Of a DNA stretch of 64,000 nucleotides, positions 28,476-38,212 are shown one piece after another. Under the pieces are notes generated by a model. That model saw only the letters and a program-made list of their open reading frames with translations, was not told the origin of the DNA and made no database searches. The position numbers were made by a program, and so were the translations under genes. Origin of the DNA: an uncultured Bacteroidaceae bacterium (lineage in GTDB: Bacteria > Bacteroidota > Bacteroidia > Bacteroidales > GCA-2748055); NCBI GenBank assembly GCA_964432125.1, contig CAYSMO010000001.1, forward strand, positions 1,126 through 65,125. The letters are read 5' to 3'. The first letter of the stretch is position 1; each line of letters begins with the position of its first letter.

Positions 28476-28495
28476 CTCTTCTCTTCTCTTCTCTT
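28476..28495. repeat. Pentanucleotide microsatellite (CTCTT)x4
   Basis: Perfect tandem CTCTT x4 with partial units on both flanks (28474-28497). It lies 44 nt upstream of the aminotransferase start (28432, minus strand). Confidence 0.9.
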
Positions 28496-28826
28496 CTACT
28501 GGTATTAGATTCCTATTAATGATATACGTTTAGACAAAGATACTGTAAACGATCAGACAGAGAAACCTGAATGGAATAAAAAACATAAGGGCAACAGTGT
28601 TTATGTTGATTTGCTGAATCATATTTCTCGAATCGACTGTAATGACTACCAGATGTTTTTTTGTCTGCATTGCAACGATTAAAGCAAATATGAACTCAAT
28701 ATAACAGGTAAGGGTTTTTCTTATACAACCTTTAGTCCTGTTTAAAAAAAAATGTGTTACTTTTACGATCTGCGGTATAAAACAGGCAGCCTGAGGTTGT
28801 TATTTGTAGCACCCAAGTTTTGGAAT

Positions 28827-29204
28827 ATGAGTAAACTGATTTTTTTCGTTGATGATGATAAGATGATAATCAACCTGTTGGAATATACCTTTCAAAGCCG
28901 GCAGAAATATGAGGTAATGTCTTTTGAATCCGGAGAGGATTGTATTCAGGCATTGGACAAAAAGCCGGATCTAATTGTGCTGGATCATCAGTTATCTGGA
29001 GCCGGGGAAAAAAAGATGGATGGGATTGAGACACTTGAAAAGATTAAAGACCTAAATAACGGGGTGCCGGTTATTGTATTAACAGGATATGGGACAAATG
29101 ACTTATATCAGGCATTTATCGGAAAAGGAGCTGATCGCTTTCTTACCAAAGACGATTATTTTATTGACTCACTCATTGATACGATCGATGATGTACTTAA
29201 TTAA
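28827..29204 (+). CDS. Stand-alone response regulator receiver domain (CheY-like)
   Basis: ORF 28752..29204. The start is probably MSKLIFFVDDD. The phospho-acceptor context is DLIVLDHQL, with VIVLTG and a conserved K (FLTKD). There is no output domain. Confidence 0.85.
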   Translation: MSKLIFFVDDDKMIINLLEYTFQSRQKYEVMSFESGEDCIQALDKKPDLIVLDHQLSGAGEKKMDGIETLEKIKDLNNGVPVIVLTGYGTNDLYQAFIGKGADRFLTKDDYFIDSLIDTIDDVLN

Positions 29205-29337
29205 TGGCCACCCGGCGCTGTTGACAAATACGATTTAATTTCGAAATTGCAATCCTTCTTTCAACTTCCTGATAATCTTTTAAATTACAAACCCCGGTTT
29301 AGCACAGGAATATATTTTTTTATACCATAAGTTTTTT

Positions 29338-29345
29338 TAATTTTG
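29338..29345 (+). promoter_or_regulatory. Bacteroidota-type -7 promoter box (TAnnTTTG) for the yceD-rpmF-plsX-fabH operon
   Basis: TAATTTTG matches TAnnTTTG exactly and lies 22 nt upstream of the GTG at 29367. It overlaps the TTG that the ORF track used as the start, which argues for the downstream start. Confidence 0.45.
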
Positions 29346-29366
29346 CAACCCGAAATTCGACGTATC

Positions 29367-29897
29367 GTGAAGAAGAATAGTGAATATGTGGTTCGTTTTT
29401 CCGAACTGAAAGAAGATACTGAAACGTTTGAATTTTCTTTACTGGATACGTTCTTTAAAGATTTTCAAAGCAGCGAATGGGAAAACGGACGTATAAATGT
29501 AGAGGTATTTGTCATAAAACGACCGGACGGCTTTACCATTGATTTTGAAATGAAGGGGGAGTTAACGGTACTATGTGACAGGTGTCTGGATGCATTTGCC
29601 CGACCAGTACATTTCAGTCAGAGACTGTTTGTTAAATATGGACAGGAACCAAAGGAGATTGACGATAATGTTGTGGTCATCTCCCGCGAGGAGAACCAGA
29701 TTGATTTGGGAGGGTATTTTTATGAATATTTGTTACTCTCAATGCCGGTTAAACGGATACATCCGAACCGTATGAATGGAGAAAGCGGATGTGACAGTAA
29801 AATGATTGAAAGGCTTGAACAACATTTAGTAAACAACAATATTGAAGATACAGATCCCCGTTGGGATGCATTAAAAAGATTAATAGATAAAAATTAG
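29367..29897 (+). CDS. yceD: YceD/DUF177 family protein (large ribosomal RNA/L32-associated)
   Basis: ORF 29343..29897. The Cys pair CDRC, its position immediately upstream of rpmF, and the length are typical of DUF177. The start (GTG 29367) is inferred from the promoter box. Confidence 0.8.
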   Translation: MKKNSEYVVRFSELKEDTETFEFSLLDTFFKDFQSSEWENGRINVEVFVIKRPDGFTIDFEMKGELTVLCDRCLDAFARPVHFSQRLFVKYGQEPKEIDDNVVVISREENQIDLGGYFYEYLLLSMPVKRIHPNRMNGESGCDSKMIERLEQHLVNNNIEDTDPRWDALKRLIDKN

Positions 29898-29902
29898 AAG
29901 GC

Positions 29903-30097
29903 ATGGCACATCCGAAAAGAAAAATATCGAAACAAAGAAGGGATAAGAGGAGAACACATTATAAGGCTGAAGCTCCCACCCTCTCAACATGCTCAACAAC
30001 TGGTACTGTGCATCAGCGTCATCGTGCCTATTTTGTTGATGGCAACCTTTATTATAAAGGTAAACTGGTGATCGATAACGAAGCAGAACTCGTTTAA
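29903..30097 (+). CDS. rpmF: 50S ribosomal protein L32
   Basis: [21 protein letters not shown] is the canonical L32 N-terminus. Confidence 0.93.
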   Translation: MAHPKRKISKQRRDKRRTHYKAEAPTLSTCSTTGTVHQRHRAYFVDGNLYYKGKLVIDNEAELV

Positions 30098-30130
30098 TTC
30101 TTCCTTTTAAGGGAAGTTCCATAACGCCTG

Positions 30131-31075
30131 ATGCGTATTGGTATTGATATCATGGGTGGGGATTTTTCCCCCGGAGCACCTATTGAGGGAAGTTTGCTTG
30201 CAAGGAAGGAATTACCTCCTGAAGCAGAGATCGTTTTATTGGGAAACCAGGATATTATTATGACGTACGCCCGCGAACAGGGGCTTGATGTATCTTCTTT
30301 TGAAATTATTCATACAGATCAATACCTGCATGCAGGGGATCATCCAATCAAAGCGTTTTCTACATCGCCCAATGCATCTATTTTCTTGGGGCAAAGACTG
30401 TTGAAGCAGAAGGAGTTGGATGGATTTTGCAGTGCGGGCAATACCGGGGCGATGCTTGTTGGTGCAATGCAGATCACGATGCCGGTCCCGGGATTGATTC
30501 GTCCGGCAATATCAGCTGTAATACCAAATTTTGAAGGGCCTGATTCAATCATTTTAGATGTAGGATTGAATCCTGATGCCAGACCGGATGTTCTTTACCA
30601 GTATGGACTGCTCGGTAGTTTGTATTCCCGGTTTGTTAGTCGGAGAGACAACCCGACTGTGGCGTTGCTGAATATTGGAGAAGAGGAAGAAAAGGGGAGC
30701 CTGGTGATTAAAAGTACCTACCAGTTGATGTCAGGATCCGGAGAATTTAATTTCACTGGAAATATTGAAGCAAATGATCTGTTTGTCAAGAACAAGGCCG
30801 ATGTTGTTGTTTGTGATGGATTTGTGGGAAATATTGTACTGAAAGAGGCTGAAGCATTTTACAGATTGGTTTCTGCCAGGAAGGTATGTAATGGTTATTT
30901 TGAAATGTTTAATTTTGAAAATTTTGGTGGCACACCTGTACTAGGAGTTCAGGCCCCTCTGATTATTGGTCATGGGATATCGAATGATAAGGCCATTAAG
31001 AATATGATTATTCAGACATATAAGGTGATTAAAGCGGGATTGATTGAAGAGATTAAAACAACTATGATTAATTAA
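30131..31075 (+). CDS. plsX: Phosphate acyltransferase PlsX
   Basis: MRIGIDIMGGDFSPGAPIEG ..., GNTGAM, and CDGFVGNIVLK. It sits in the conserved rpmF-plsX-fabH order. Confidence 0.93.
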   Translation: MRIGIDIMGGDFSPGAPIEGSLLARKELPPEAEIVLLGNQDIIMTYAREQGLDVSSFEIIHTDQYLHAGDHPIKAFSTSPNASIFLGQRLLKQKELDGFCSAGNTGAMLVGAMQITMPVPGLIRPAISAVIPNFEGPDSIILDVGLNPDARPDVLYQYGLLGSLYSRFVSRRDNPTVALLNIGEEEEKGSLVIKSTYQLMSGSGEFNFTGNIEANDLFVKNKADVVVCDGFVGNIVLKEAEAFYRLVSARKVCNGYFEMFNFENFGGTPVLGVQAPLIIGHGISNDKAIKNMIIQTYKVIKAGLIEEIKTTMIN

Positions 31076-31077
31076 TT

Positions 31078-32067
31078 ATGAAAGCGGCAGGCATTACTGG
31101 TATTCAGGGATGGGTTCCGGAATACAGATTGACAAATGAAGAGCTAAGCAAGATGGTTGATACCACTGATGAGTGGATTATGCAGCGGATCGGTATTAGT
31201 GAAAGAAGGATTCTTAAAGGGGGTCTTGCCACCTCTGATATGGCTACCGCAGCAGTTAAAGAGTTGTTGAAGAAGACCGGAACAAAACCGGAAGAGATTG
31301 AATTGGTCATAACAGCTACTATTACTCCCGACATGGTCTTCCCAGCGGTGTCAACCATGGTTTGTCATAAAGCAGGACTGGAAAATGCATGGGGCTATGA
31401 CCTGTCTGCAGCTTGCTCAGGATTTATTTTTGCACTTGTAGCAGCAAAACAGTTTATAAACAATGGTACACACAAGAAGGTGATTGTAATTGGTTCCGAT
31501 ATGATGTCATCCATTACTGATTATACCGATCGCACCACCTGTCCGCTTTTTGGTGATGGTGCCGGAGCGGTTCTGCTGGAACCTGTTGAACAGGGCCTGG
31601 GACTGATTGATAATATATTGGAAGTTGATGGAAGCGGATATAAGAATTTGCATATGAAGGCAGGAGGTTCCTTGAGACCAGCATCACATGAAACAGTAGA
31701 TAACCGTGAACATTATGTATTTCAAGAGGGACAGGCTGTCTTCAAGGTCGCCGTGTCAAAAATGGCTGATGTTTCAGTGGACATCATGAAAAGAAATGGA
31801 ATTCAGCCCGACGAACTGAAATGGCTTGTTCCCCATCAGGCCAATATGAGGATTATAGAAGCTGTAGCGAGAAGAATGGGGATAAAAAAAGAACAGGTAA
31901 TGATCAATATACAAAAGTATGGAAACACCACAGCCGCAACAATCCCATTGTGCCTGTGGGAATATGAATCACAGATAAGTAAGGGGGACAATGTGATTCT
32001 GTCTGCCTTCGGGGGCGGATTTACCTGGGGATCCGTTTATCTTAAATGGGCCTATGATCCACGATAA
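31078..32067 (+). CDS. fabH: 3-oxoacyl-ACP synthase III
   Basis: Active-site region AACSGFIFAL, with HQANMRII and GNTTAATIP motifs. Confidence 0.93.
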   Translation: MKAAGITGIQGWVPEYRLTNEELSKMVDTTDEWIMQRIGISERRILKGGLATSDMATAAVKELLKKTGTKPEEIELVITATITPDMVFPAVSTMVCHKAGLENAWGYDLSAACSGFIFALVAAKQFINNGTHKKVIVIGSDMMSSITDYTDRTTCPLFGDGAGAVLLEPVEQGLGLIDNILEVDGSGYKNLHMKAGGSLRPASHETVDNREHYVFQEGQAVFKVAVSKMADVSVDIMKRNGIQPDELKWLVPHQANMRIIEAVARRMGIKKEQVMINIQKYGNTTAATIPLCLWEYESQISKGDNVILSAFGGGFTWGSVYLKWAYDPR

Positions 32068-32181
32068 TCAGAAAGATCCAAATGGTTCTCTTCTGCCAAG
32101 AACTGTTAAACGAGCAAAATTATTTTTATCTTTATGCTTTGTTAATTAATTAATGATTGGTAAATTTAATAATTGAGAGTT

Positions 32182-32568
32182 ATGGCAAAGGTTGCTGAAA
32201 CAGAAAGTGCAAACAAGATCAACCTGATCGGAGTTGGCACCACGATAGAGGGAAATGTTAGCTCCAATGAAAACATTCGCTTTGATGGAATACTAATCGG
32301 AAATCTTTATACTAAAGGTAAAGTTTTTATCGGACAATCAGGAAAGGTAAATGGTGAAATCAAGTGCAGGAACTGCGAAGTTGAAGGCGTGGTGGAAGGT
32401 AAAGTTGTAATCGAAGAGCTGCTTTCACTCAGATCAATGTCGCGTGTTTACGGAGAGATAAGAACCAGCAAGCTTGCTATTGAGCCAGGTGCAATATTTA
32501 CCGGAAATTGTGATATGGGTGGAAAAAAAGAACCAGTCAGCGAACCAACCGGAAAAGAAGGAAAATAA
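32182..32568 (+). CDS. Bactofilin-family polymer-forming cytoskeletal protein
   Basis: ORF 32173..32568, with the start at MAKVAE. The repetitive beta-helix pattern is present (GTTIEGNVSSNENIRFDGILIGNLYTKGKVFIGQSGKVNGEIKCRNCEVEGVVEG...). Confidence 0.8.
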   Translation: MAKVAETESANKINLIGVGTTIEGNVSSNENIRFDGILIGNLYTKGKVFIGQSGKVNGEIKCRNCEVEGVVEGKVVIEELLSLRSMSRVYGEIRTSKLAIEPGAIFTGNCDMGGKKEPVSEPTGKEGK

Positions 32569-32779
32569 TTCCGGACAACATTCGGGGTTAAACGATTATA
32601 TCAGGTATACCGGAATGGGATTCCAGATGCTTGCTGTGATTGGTCTGTTTACCTGGGCAGGAATTAAACTTGATGAAAAAGGGTCACACGGAAAGCCTCT
32701 TTTCACAGCATTATTGGCTATGCTTGGGGTAGTGGTGGGGATCTATTCAGTGCTGAAGGATTTTATTCAGAAGAAATGA
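32474..32779 (+). CDS. atpZ: AtpZ/AtpI-family small membrane protein of the ATP synthase operon
   Basis: The conserved core is YIRYTGMGFQMLAVIGLFTWAGIKLD followed by a second TM helix. The start is uncertain. ATG 32474 overlaps the bactofilin gene by 95 nt, and an in-frame GTG at 32519 is an alternative. Confidence 0.65.
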   Translation: MLLSQVQYLPEIVIWVEKKNQSANQPEKKENNSGQHSGLNDYIRYTGMGFQMLAVIGLFTWAGIKLDEKGSHGKPLFTALLAMLGVVVGIYSVLKDFIQKK

Positions 32780-33156
32780 ATATAAAAATTCAGAATATTT
32801 TTCTCCTGGTTGTTATCTATGTTGCCTTTTTTGGTATTGGCACTTTATTAATCAGACATACAGAGATTGAGATCGAACAAGGATTGTTTGTGATGTTGCT
32901 CACAGCAATGACAGTAATTACCCTTGGGGCTTACTTGCTGCTTATGGCTGGAATGAGACGTAAAGAATCTGCTAAAGGGTTTTTTCTTTTGACCGGTATT
33001 GGGGGCAAGTTTCTTGCTTATCTTATAATGATTCTAATCTTTTGGAAATCGGGAAAAAAACTCGAAACTGAGTTTATCATTGCTTTTTTTGTGTTATATT
33101 TAGTGCTCACAATTTTTCTGATCAAAGTGTTATATAAATACTTGAAAATAAATTGA
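32776..33156 (+). CDS. Small 4-TM membrane protein of unknown function embedded in the atp operon
   Basis: 126 aa with four hydrophobic helices. It has an ATGA overlap with atpZ and ends 6 nt before atpB. No motif is recognised. Confidence 0.55.
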   Translation: MNIKIQNIFLLVVIYVAFFGIGTLLIRHTEIEIEQGLFVMLLTAMTVITLGAYLLLMAGMRRKESAKGFFLLTGIGGKFLAYLIMILIFWKSGKKLETEFIIAFFVLYLVLTIFLIKVLYKYLKIN

Positions 33157-33162
33157 TTAATA

Positions 33163-34320
33163 GTGAATTGCGGTTTGAATTTATATAAGATAGTGTTCTC
33201 AGGGCTTGCTTTTCTGGTTTTTATAACCTCTAGCCTTTCCCTTCTTGCTCAACAGCACGAAGAAGATCCATTAGATCCCGATGTGCAAGAGCTTGTTTTG
33301 CACAAGGATGAACTGGTCGATGAGTATAATCCTGCAGAAGCAATTCTGCACCATATTAAGGATTCACATGAATGGCATATTCTTACTACAAAAAGTGGTC
33401 ATCATGTTAGTATCCCTCTTCCTATAATTCTTTACAGTAAGCGGTCTGGATTTCAAATGTTTATGTCGAATAGGCTGGCGCATGGGCACAATTATAAAGG
33501 TTTTGAATTAGGTCATGGAACCATTGAGGCAGAAAACAAAGGTGGAGAGATGGTTAATAAAAGTGTCGATGGTAAAATTGTAGAGTTGGATGAGTATGGC
33601 AAACTTGTGAAAGAGGGTTTGCCATTGGATTTTTCCATTACAAAAAATGTCTTTATGATGTTTATTGCCATGGTGATTCTGTTAATTGTATTTCTTCAGG
33701 TTGCGGAAACATATAAGAAGAGAGGGGTTAGTGCTCCCAAAGGATTACAGGGGTTTTTGGAGCCCTTGATTGTATTTGTAGAAGAAGATATTGCATTACC
33801 AAATATTGGAGTAGATAAGTATGCAAGGTATGTGCCATATTTGCTGACAGTCTTTTTCTTTATTTTGATTAACAACCTGATGGGGCTGATCCCATTTTTT
33901 CCCTTTGGTGCGAATGTGTCCGGAAACATTGCTTTTACAATGGTATTGGCTGTATTTACTCTGCTTGTCATAAATCTGAGTGGCAACCGGGAGTATTGGC
34001 GGCATATTTTTTTAACTCCCGGAGTGCCTTATTGGCTGCTTCCTATTATGGTGCCGGTTGAGCTGATCGGGATTATTACTAAGCCTTTTGCTTTGATGGT
34101 CAGGCTTTTTGCGAATATTACTGCCGGCCATATTATTATTTTGAGTCTGGTATCACTGATATTTATTTTTAAAAGTGTCTATATGTCTCTTCCAACCATG
34201 TTAATGGTACTTTTCATGAATATGGTTGAGTTATTGGTTGCATTTTTGCAGGCATATATTTTTACACTGCTTTCATCTTTGTTCATTGGATTGGCGATGC
34301 CGGAGCATCACCATGATTAA
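33163..34320 (+). CDS. atpB: F0F1 ATP synthase subunit a
   Basis: The C-terminal half carries the subunit-a signature RLFANITAGHII and the following helices. A long N-terminal extension with a signal-like helix is present. The start is GTG. Confidence 0.9.
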   Translation: MNCGLNLYKIVFSGLAFLVFITSSLSLLAQQHEEDPLDPDVQELVLHKDELVDEYNPAEAILHHIKDSHEWHILTTKSGHHVSIPLPIILYSKRSGFQMFMSNRLAHGHNYKGFELGHGTIEAENKGGEMVNKSVDGKIVELDEYGKLVKEGLPLDFSITKNVFMMFIAMVILLIVFLQVAETYKKRGVSAPKGLQGFLEPLIVFVEEDIALPNIGVDKYARYVPYLLTVFFFILINNLMGLIPFFPFGANVSGNIAFTMVLAVFTLLVINLSGNREYWRHIFLTPGVPYWLLPIMVPVELIGIITKPFALMVRLFANITAGHIIILSLVSLIFIFKSVYMSLPTMLMVLFMNMVELLVAFLQAYIFTLLSSLFIGLAMPEHHHD

Positions 34321-34346
34321 TATTTTTTAATTAATACTTAATAATT

Positions 34347-34559
34347 ATGACAGGTACATTAGCAGCAATTGGAGCAGGACTCGCAGTGATCGGAGCGGCG
34401 TTTGGAATCGGAACAATTGGTAGTAAAGCCATGGAGGCTATTGCTCGCCAACCGGAAGCATCTGGTAAGATACAAACCGCCATGATCATCGCTGCTGCGC
34501 TGATTGAAGGTGTTGCATTATTTGCTATAGTAGTAGCTCTACTTTCAAACAATGCATAA
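34347..34559 (+). CDS. atpE: F0F1 ATP synthase subunit c
   Basis: 70 aa. It contains GAGLAVIGAAFGIG ... ARQPE ... AALIEGVALFAIVVALL, including the ion-binding Glu. Confidence 0.93.
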   Translation: MTGTLAAIGAGLAVIGAAFGIGTIGSKAMEAIARQPEASGKIQTAMIIAAALIEGVALFAIVVALLSNNA

Positions 34560-34567
34560 GAAAAAAT

Positions 34568-34592
34568 GACCCGCAACGATTGGTTGCGGGTC
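34568..34592 (+). terminator. GC-rich hairpin between atpE and atpF (partial terminator / processing or stability element)
   Basis: GACCCGCAAC (34568-34577) pairs perfectly with GTTGCGGGTC (34583-34592) around a 5-nt loop, and GTTTGCTT follows. It starts 9 nt after the atpE stop. Confidence 0.55.
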
Positions 34593-34626
34593 GTTTGCTT
34601 ATTGAAATCATTAAAACAATTATATT

Positions 34627-35121
34627 ATGGATCTTGTAACTCCCGGTATAGGATTGATCTTTTGGTCAACAGTATTCTTTGGGATCCTTCTTATTGTCCT
34701 TGGAAAATTTGCCTGGCCCGCGATTCTAACCGCTGTGCGTGCGCGCAATGAGAGTATTCGAAAATCTCTTGAATCTGCTAAAAAAGCAAGGGAAGAGATG
34801 GCCAAGCTACAGGCAGATAATGAAAAGATTCTTGCTGAAGCTATGGCTGAACGAGATGCTATGATCAAGGAGGCCCGTGATGTGAAAGAGGCAATCATCA
34901 CTGAGGCAAGAGAAAAGGCTGCTGAGGAGGCATCTAAACTACTAAAGAATGCAAAGGAGGCCATTAAAAATGAGAAACTGGCAGCGATCAACGATATGAA
35001 AGAGCAAATAGCCAGTCTTTCCATCGATATTGCAGAAAAGATTATGAGACAGACACTTAGTAAAGAGAGTGAACAAAAGAAGCTGATTGAAAAGCTGATT
35101 GACAATATTGATCTGAACTGA
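34627..35121 (+). CDS. atpF: F0F1 ATP synthase subunit b
   Basis: An N-terminal TM helix is followed by a long A/E/K-rich coiled coil. It occupies the atpE-atpF-atpH position. Confidence 0.9.
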   Translation: MDLVTPGIGLIFWSTVFFGILLIVLGKFAWPAILTAVRARNESIRKSLESAKKAREEMAKLQADNEKILAEAMAERDAMIKEARDVKEAIITEAREKAAEEASKLLKNAKEAIKNEKLAAINDMKEQIASLSIDIAEKIMRQTLSKESEQKKLIEKLIDNIDLN

Positions 35122-35129
35122 TATAAGAT

Positions 35130-35663
35130 ATGAATGATAGTAAAATATCTGTCAGATACGCCAGGGCACTTTTCGAAAGTGCCCTTGATAATGAGGTTCT
35201 TGAGAACATTAGGGATGATATGGCTGTAATCCGGGAAATTTCTCTTGTTCCTGAATTTCAAAAACTTCTGGTCAATCCTGTTATCAAAGAGACAAAGAAG
35301 AATGAAATAATGGAGAACCTGATGAAGAAGAGAATTCATCCTTTGTCATTGAACTTTTTAACACTATTGATCAAGAATGGTAGGGAGCAGTATATCCCTG
35401 CAATTACTAGAAATGTGATTGACCTTTACAGGGCTCATAAAGGAATTAAATCTGCCACTTTCATTACTGCTGTTCCTGTATCCAATGCAATAAAAATGAG
35501 GGTGGAGAAGGAGATAAAAGATGTTTTGAAGTTTAAGGTTGAGATGAATACGGAAAGCAGCGAAGATATTATTGGCGGATTTATCATTCGAATTGAAAAC
35601 AGACAGTACGATGCAAGTGTTGCCAACGGACTGAAGAGAATAAAAAAGAATTTGTTGAATTAA
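35130..35663 (+). CDS. atpH: F0F1 ATP synthase subunit delta (OSCP)
   Basis: 177 aa. It begins ISVRYARALFESA... and ends with an ...IIGGFIIRIENRQYDASV... motif. Confidence 0.9.
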   Translation: MNDSKISVRYARALFESALDNEVLENIRDDMAVIREISLVPEFQKLLVNPVIKETKKNEIMENLMKKRIHPLSLNFLTLLIKNGREQYIPAITRNVIDLYRAHKGIKSATFITAVPVSNAIKMRVEKEIKDVLKFKVEMNTESSEDIIGGFIIRIENRQYDASVANGLKRIKKNLLN

Positions 35664-35680
35664 TCGAAAAAGAATAACAA

Positions 35681-37258
35681 ATGTCCCAAATCAAACCTTC
35701 TGAAGTATCAGAAATACTTAAAAAACAACTTGAAGGCTTTAAAAGTGATGTCGAACTGGAAGAAGTTGGATCAGTGCTCCAGGTTGGCGATGGAATTGCC
35801 AGAATTTATGGCCTGAATCATGTGCAGGCGAACGAATTGATTGAATTTGATAGTGGTGTAATGGGCATTGTACTGAACCTGGAAGAGGACAATGTGGGTG
35901 CCGTATTGCTGGGATCGTCAGATGTTATTAAAGAGGGGGATACAGTAAAACGGACCAAACGCATTGCTTCTATCAATGTGGGCGAAAAATTGCTGGGCCG
36001 TGTGATTAACACACTGGGAGCACCATTGGACGGAAAGGGTCCCATTACTGGGGATCTCTATGAAATGCCACTTGAACGAAAAGCTCCTGGTGTGATTTTC
36101 AGACAACCCGTAAATGAACCCCTCCAAACCGGAATTAAAGCGATTGACGCCATGATCCCGATTGGGCGTGGTCAACGAGAATTAATCATTGGTGACCGTC
36201 AAACCGGGAAAACAGCCATTGCTATTGACACGATCCTTAATCAGAAGGAGTTTTATGACAAGGGGGAACCAGTCTACTGTATTTATGTGGCAATAGGTCA
36301 GAAAGGAAGTACCGTGGCCAATGTCGTAAAAACACTTGAATTGCATGGAGCGATGGACTACACCGTTGTTGTAATGGCAACTGCGTCGGACCCTGCAGCG
36401 CTTCAATTTTATGCCCCCTTCGCAGGATGCACAATCGGTGAATATTTTAGAGATACAGGTAGACCTGCATTGATTATTTATGACGACCTTTCAAAACAAG
36501 CAGTCTCCTACAGGGAAGTATCCCTGCTTCTCAGACGGCCCCCTGGACGGGAAGCATATCCGGGCGATGTATTTTACCTGCACTCCAGGTTGCTTGAAAG
36601 AGCAGCAAAAGTAATCGAATCTGATGAGATCGCTGCTACAATGAATGATCTTCCTGAATCGATAAAGCATTTGGTTAAAGGAGGAGGATCGCTTACTGCA
36701 CTGCCGATCATTGAAACCCAGGCAGGTGACGTCTCTGCTTATATTCCAACAAATGTTATATCAATTACGGACGGACAGATCTTCCTGGAATCGAATCTCT
36801 TTAATTCTGGAATTCGTCCAGCGATTAATGTGGGGATCTCCGTCTCCAGGGTAGGAGGAAATGCCCAGATCAAGGCGATGAAAAAAATCGCTGGAACGCT
36901 TAAGCTTGATCAGGCACAATTCCGTGAATTGGAGGCGTTTGCCAAATTTGGTTCGGATCTTGATGCTGCTACAAAAGCAGTTTTGGATAAAGGAAGAAAA
37001 AATGTCGAAATTCTTAAGCAAGGCCAGTATTCACCTTTCCCTGTGGAAAAGCAAATTGCGATTATATATTGCGGAACAAAGGGACTGCTTAATGATATCG
37101 ATATAGATCAGGTACAGGAATTTCAAACAGAATTTCTGGAGTTTCTGGAGTTGCGACATAAGGATGTTCTGAAACAATTGGCAGAAGGCAAGATTACAGA
37201 CGAAATAGAAGAGGTTCTTTCATCAGTTGCGAAGGATACAGTAGAAAAATTGTTATAA
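35681..37258 (+). CDS. atpA: F0F1 ATP synthase subunit alpha
   Basis: Walker A GDRQTGKT, with [11 protein letters not shown] and [23 protein letters not shown]. Confidence 0.97.
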   Translation: MSQIKPSEVSEILKKQLEGFKSDVELEEVGSVLQVGDGIARIYGLNHVQANELIEFDSGVMGIVLNLEEDNVGAVLLGSSDVIKEGDTVKRTKRIASINVGEKLLGRVINTLGAPLDGKGPITGDLYEMPLERKAPGVIFRQPVNEPLQTGIKAIDAMIPIGRGQRELIIGDRQTGKTAIAIDTILNQKEFYDKGEPVYCIYVAIGQKGSTVANVVKTLELHGAMDYTVVVMATASDPAALQFYAPFAGCTIGEYFRDTGRPALIIYDDLSKQAVSYREVSLLLRRPPGREAYPGDVFYLHSRLLERAAKVIESDEIAATMNDLPESIKHLVKGGGSLTALPIIETQAGDVSAYIPTNVISITDGQIFLESNLFNSGIRPAINVGISVSRVGGNAQIKAMKKIAGTLKLDQAQFRELEAFAKFGSDLDAATKAVLDKGRKNVEILKQGQYSPFPVEKQIAIIYCGTKGLLNDIDIDQVQEFQTEFLEFLELRHKDVLKQLAEGKITDEIEEVLSSVAKDTVEKLL

Positions 37259-37320
37259 AGATTTGTTTTGCAAGGGGGTTGAAATCTGTATAGACTAAAC
37301 CACTAATATTTACTGAACAT

Positions 37321-38208
37321 ATGGCCACACTGAAAGAAATAAGGGTAAGACGGGAATCAGTTGCTTCTACACGGCAGATCACCAGTGCAATGAAGATGGT
37401 CTCTGCTGCAAAACTCAAAAGGGCACAGAATGCGATAGTTCAGCTGCGACCCTATGCAGAGAAATTACAAGAGATTCTCGGCAGTATTAGTGGTAGTTTG
37501 AAGGGTGATGAACATAATATTTATGCCCAAAAACGTGATGAAGAGTCGATACTCCTTGTGCTGATTACTTCCAACAGAGGACTCTGCGGTGCATTTAACA
37601 GTAATGCAATCAAAGCTGCGATTTTTACTGCTCTTGAAGTTTATTCAAGTAAAATGATGGCTGGAAATGTTCATTTTCTTGCTATTGGTAAAAAGGGATA
37701 TGATTTTCTCAAGAGAAATGGGTACAATGTTATATTTAATGGAAGTGATATTTTTGATGAGCTTACTTTTGAAAATTCTGTGAAGATTTCAGAGATGGTT
37801 ATGAAGTTATATGTCAAAGGCGACTATGACCATGTAGATATTGTCTATAACCAGTTTAAAAATGCAGCTACACAAATTCTTACTACTGAGCAGTTTCTGC
37901 CGATTAAAATAGAGGATTTAAAGGATGAGAATGCATCTATCTCTGTAGCTGATTATATATTTGAACCTTCCAAAGAGTATATCGTTAAAGAGATGATCCC
38001 AAGATCTCTGAAACTTCAATTCTATAAGGCGATTCTCGATTCTTCAGCTTCAGAGCATGGGGCGCGGATGACAGCCATGCACAAAGCGACCGATAATGCA
38101 ACAGAGCTTATTAAAGAACTTGGCCTGCAATACAATAAGGCTCGTCAGGCCACTATTACCAATGAGATCATTGAGATCGTTGGGGGTGCAGAAGCACTTA
38201 ACGGCTAA
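37321..38208 (+). CDS. atpG: F0F1 ATP synthase subunit gamma
   Basis: MATLKEIRVRRESVASTRQITSAMKMVSAAKL ... and C-terminal ITNEIIEIVGGAEAL. Confidence 0.95.
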   Translation: MATLKEIRVRRESVASTRQITSAMKMVSAAKLKRAQNAIVQLRPYAEKLQEILGSISGSLKGDEHNIYAQKRDEESILLVLITSNRGLCGAFNSNAIKAAIFTALEVYSSKMMAGNVHFLAIGKKGYDFLKRNGYNVIFNGSDIFDELTFENSVKISEMVMKLYVKGDYDHVDIVYNQFKNAATQILTTEQFLPIKIEDLKDENASISVADYIFEPSKEYIVKEMIPRSLKLQFYKAILDSSASEHGARMTAMHKATDNATELIKELGLQYNKARQATITNEIIEIVGGAEALNG

Positions 38209-38212
38209 TTTT

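Noticed and set aside
34620-35339. 239-aa minus-strand ORF overlapping atpF and atpH.
   Set aside because: It is antisense to two conserved ATP synthase genes. Its Ser/Ala/Ile/Phe-rich sequence is simply the complement of the A/E/K-rich coiled coil of subunit b.
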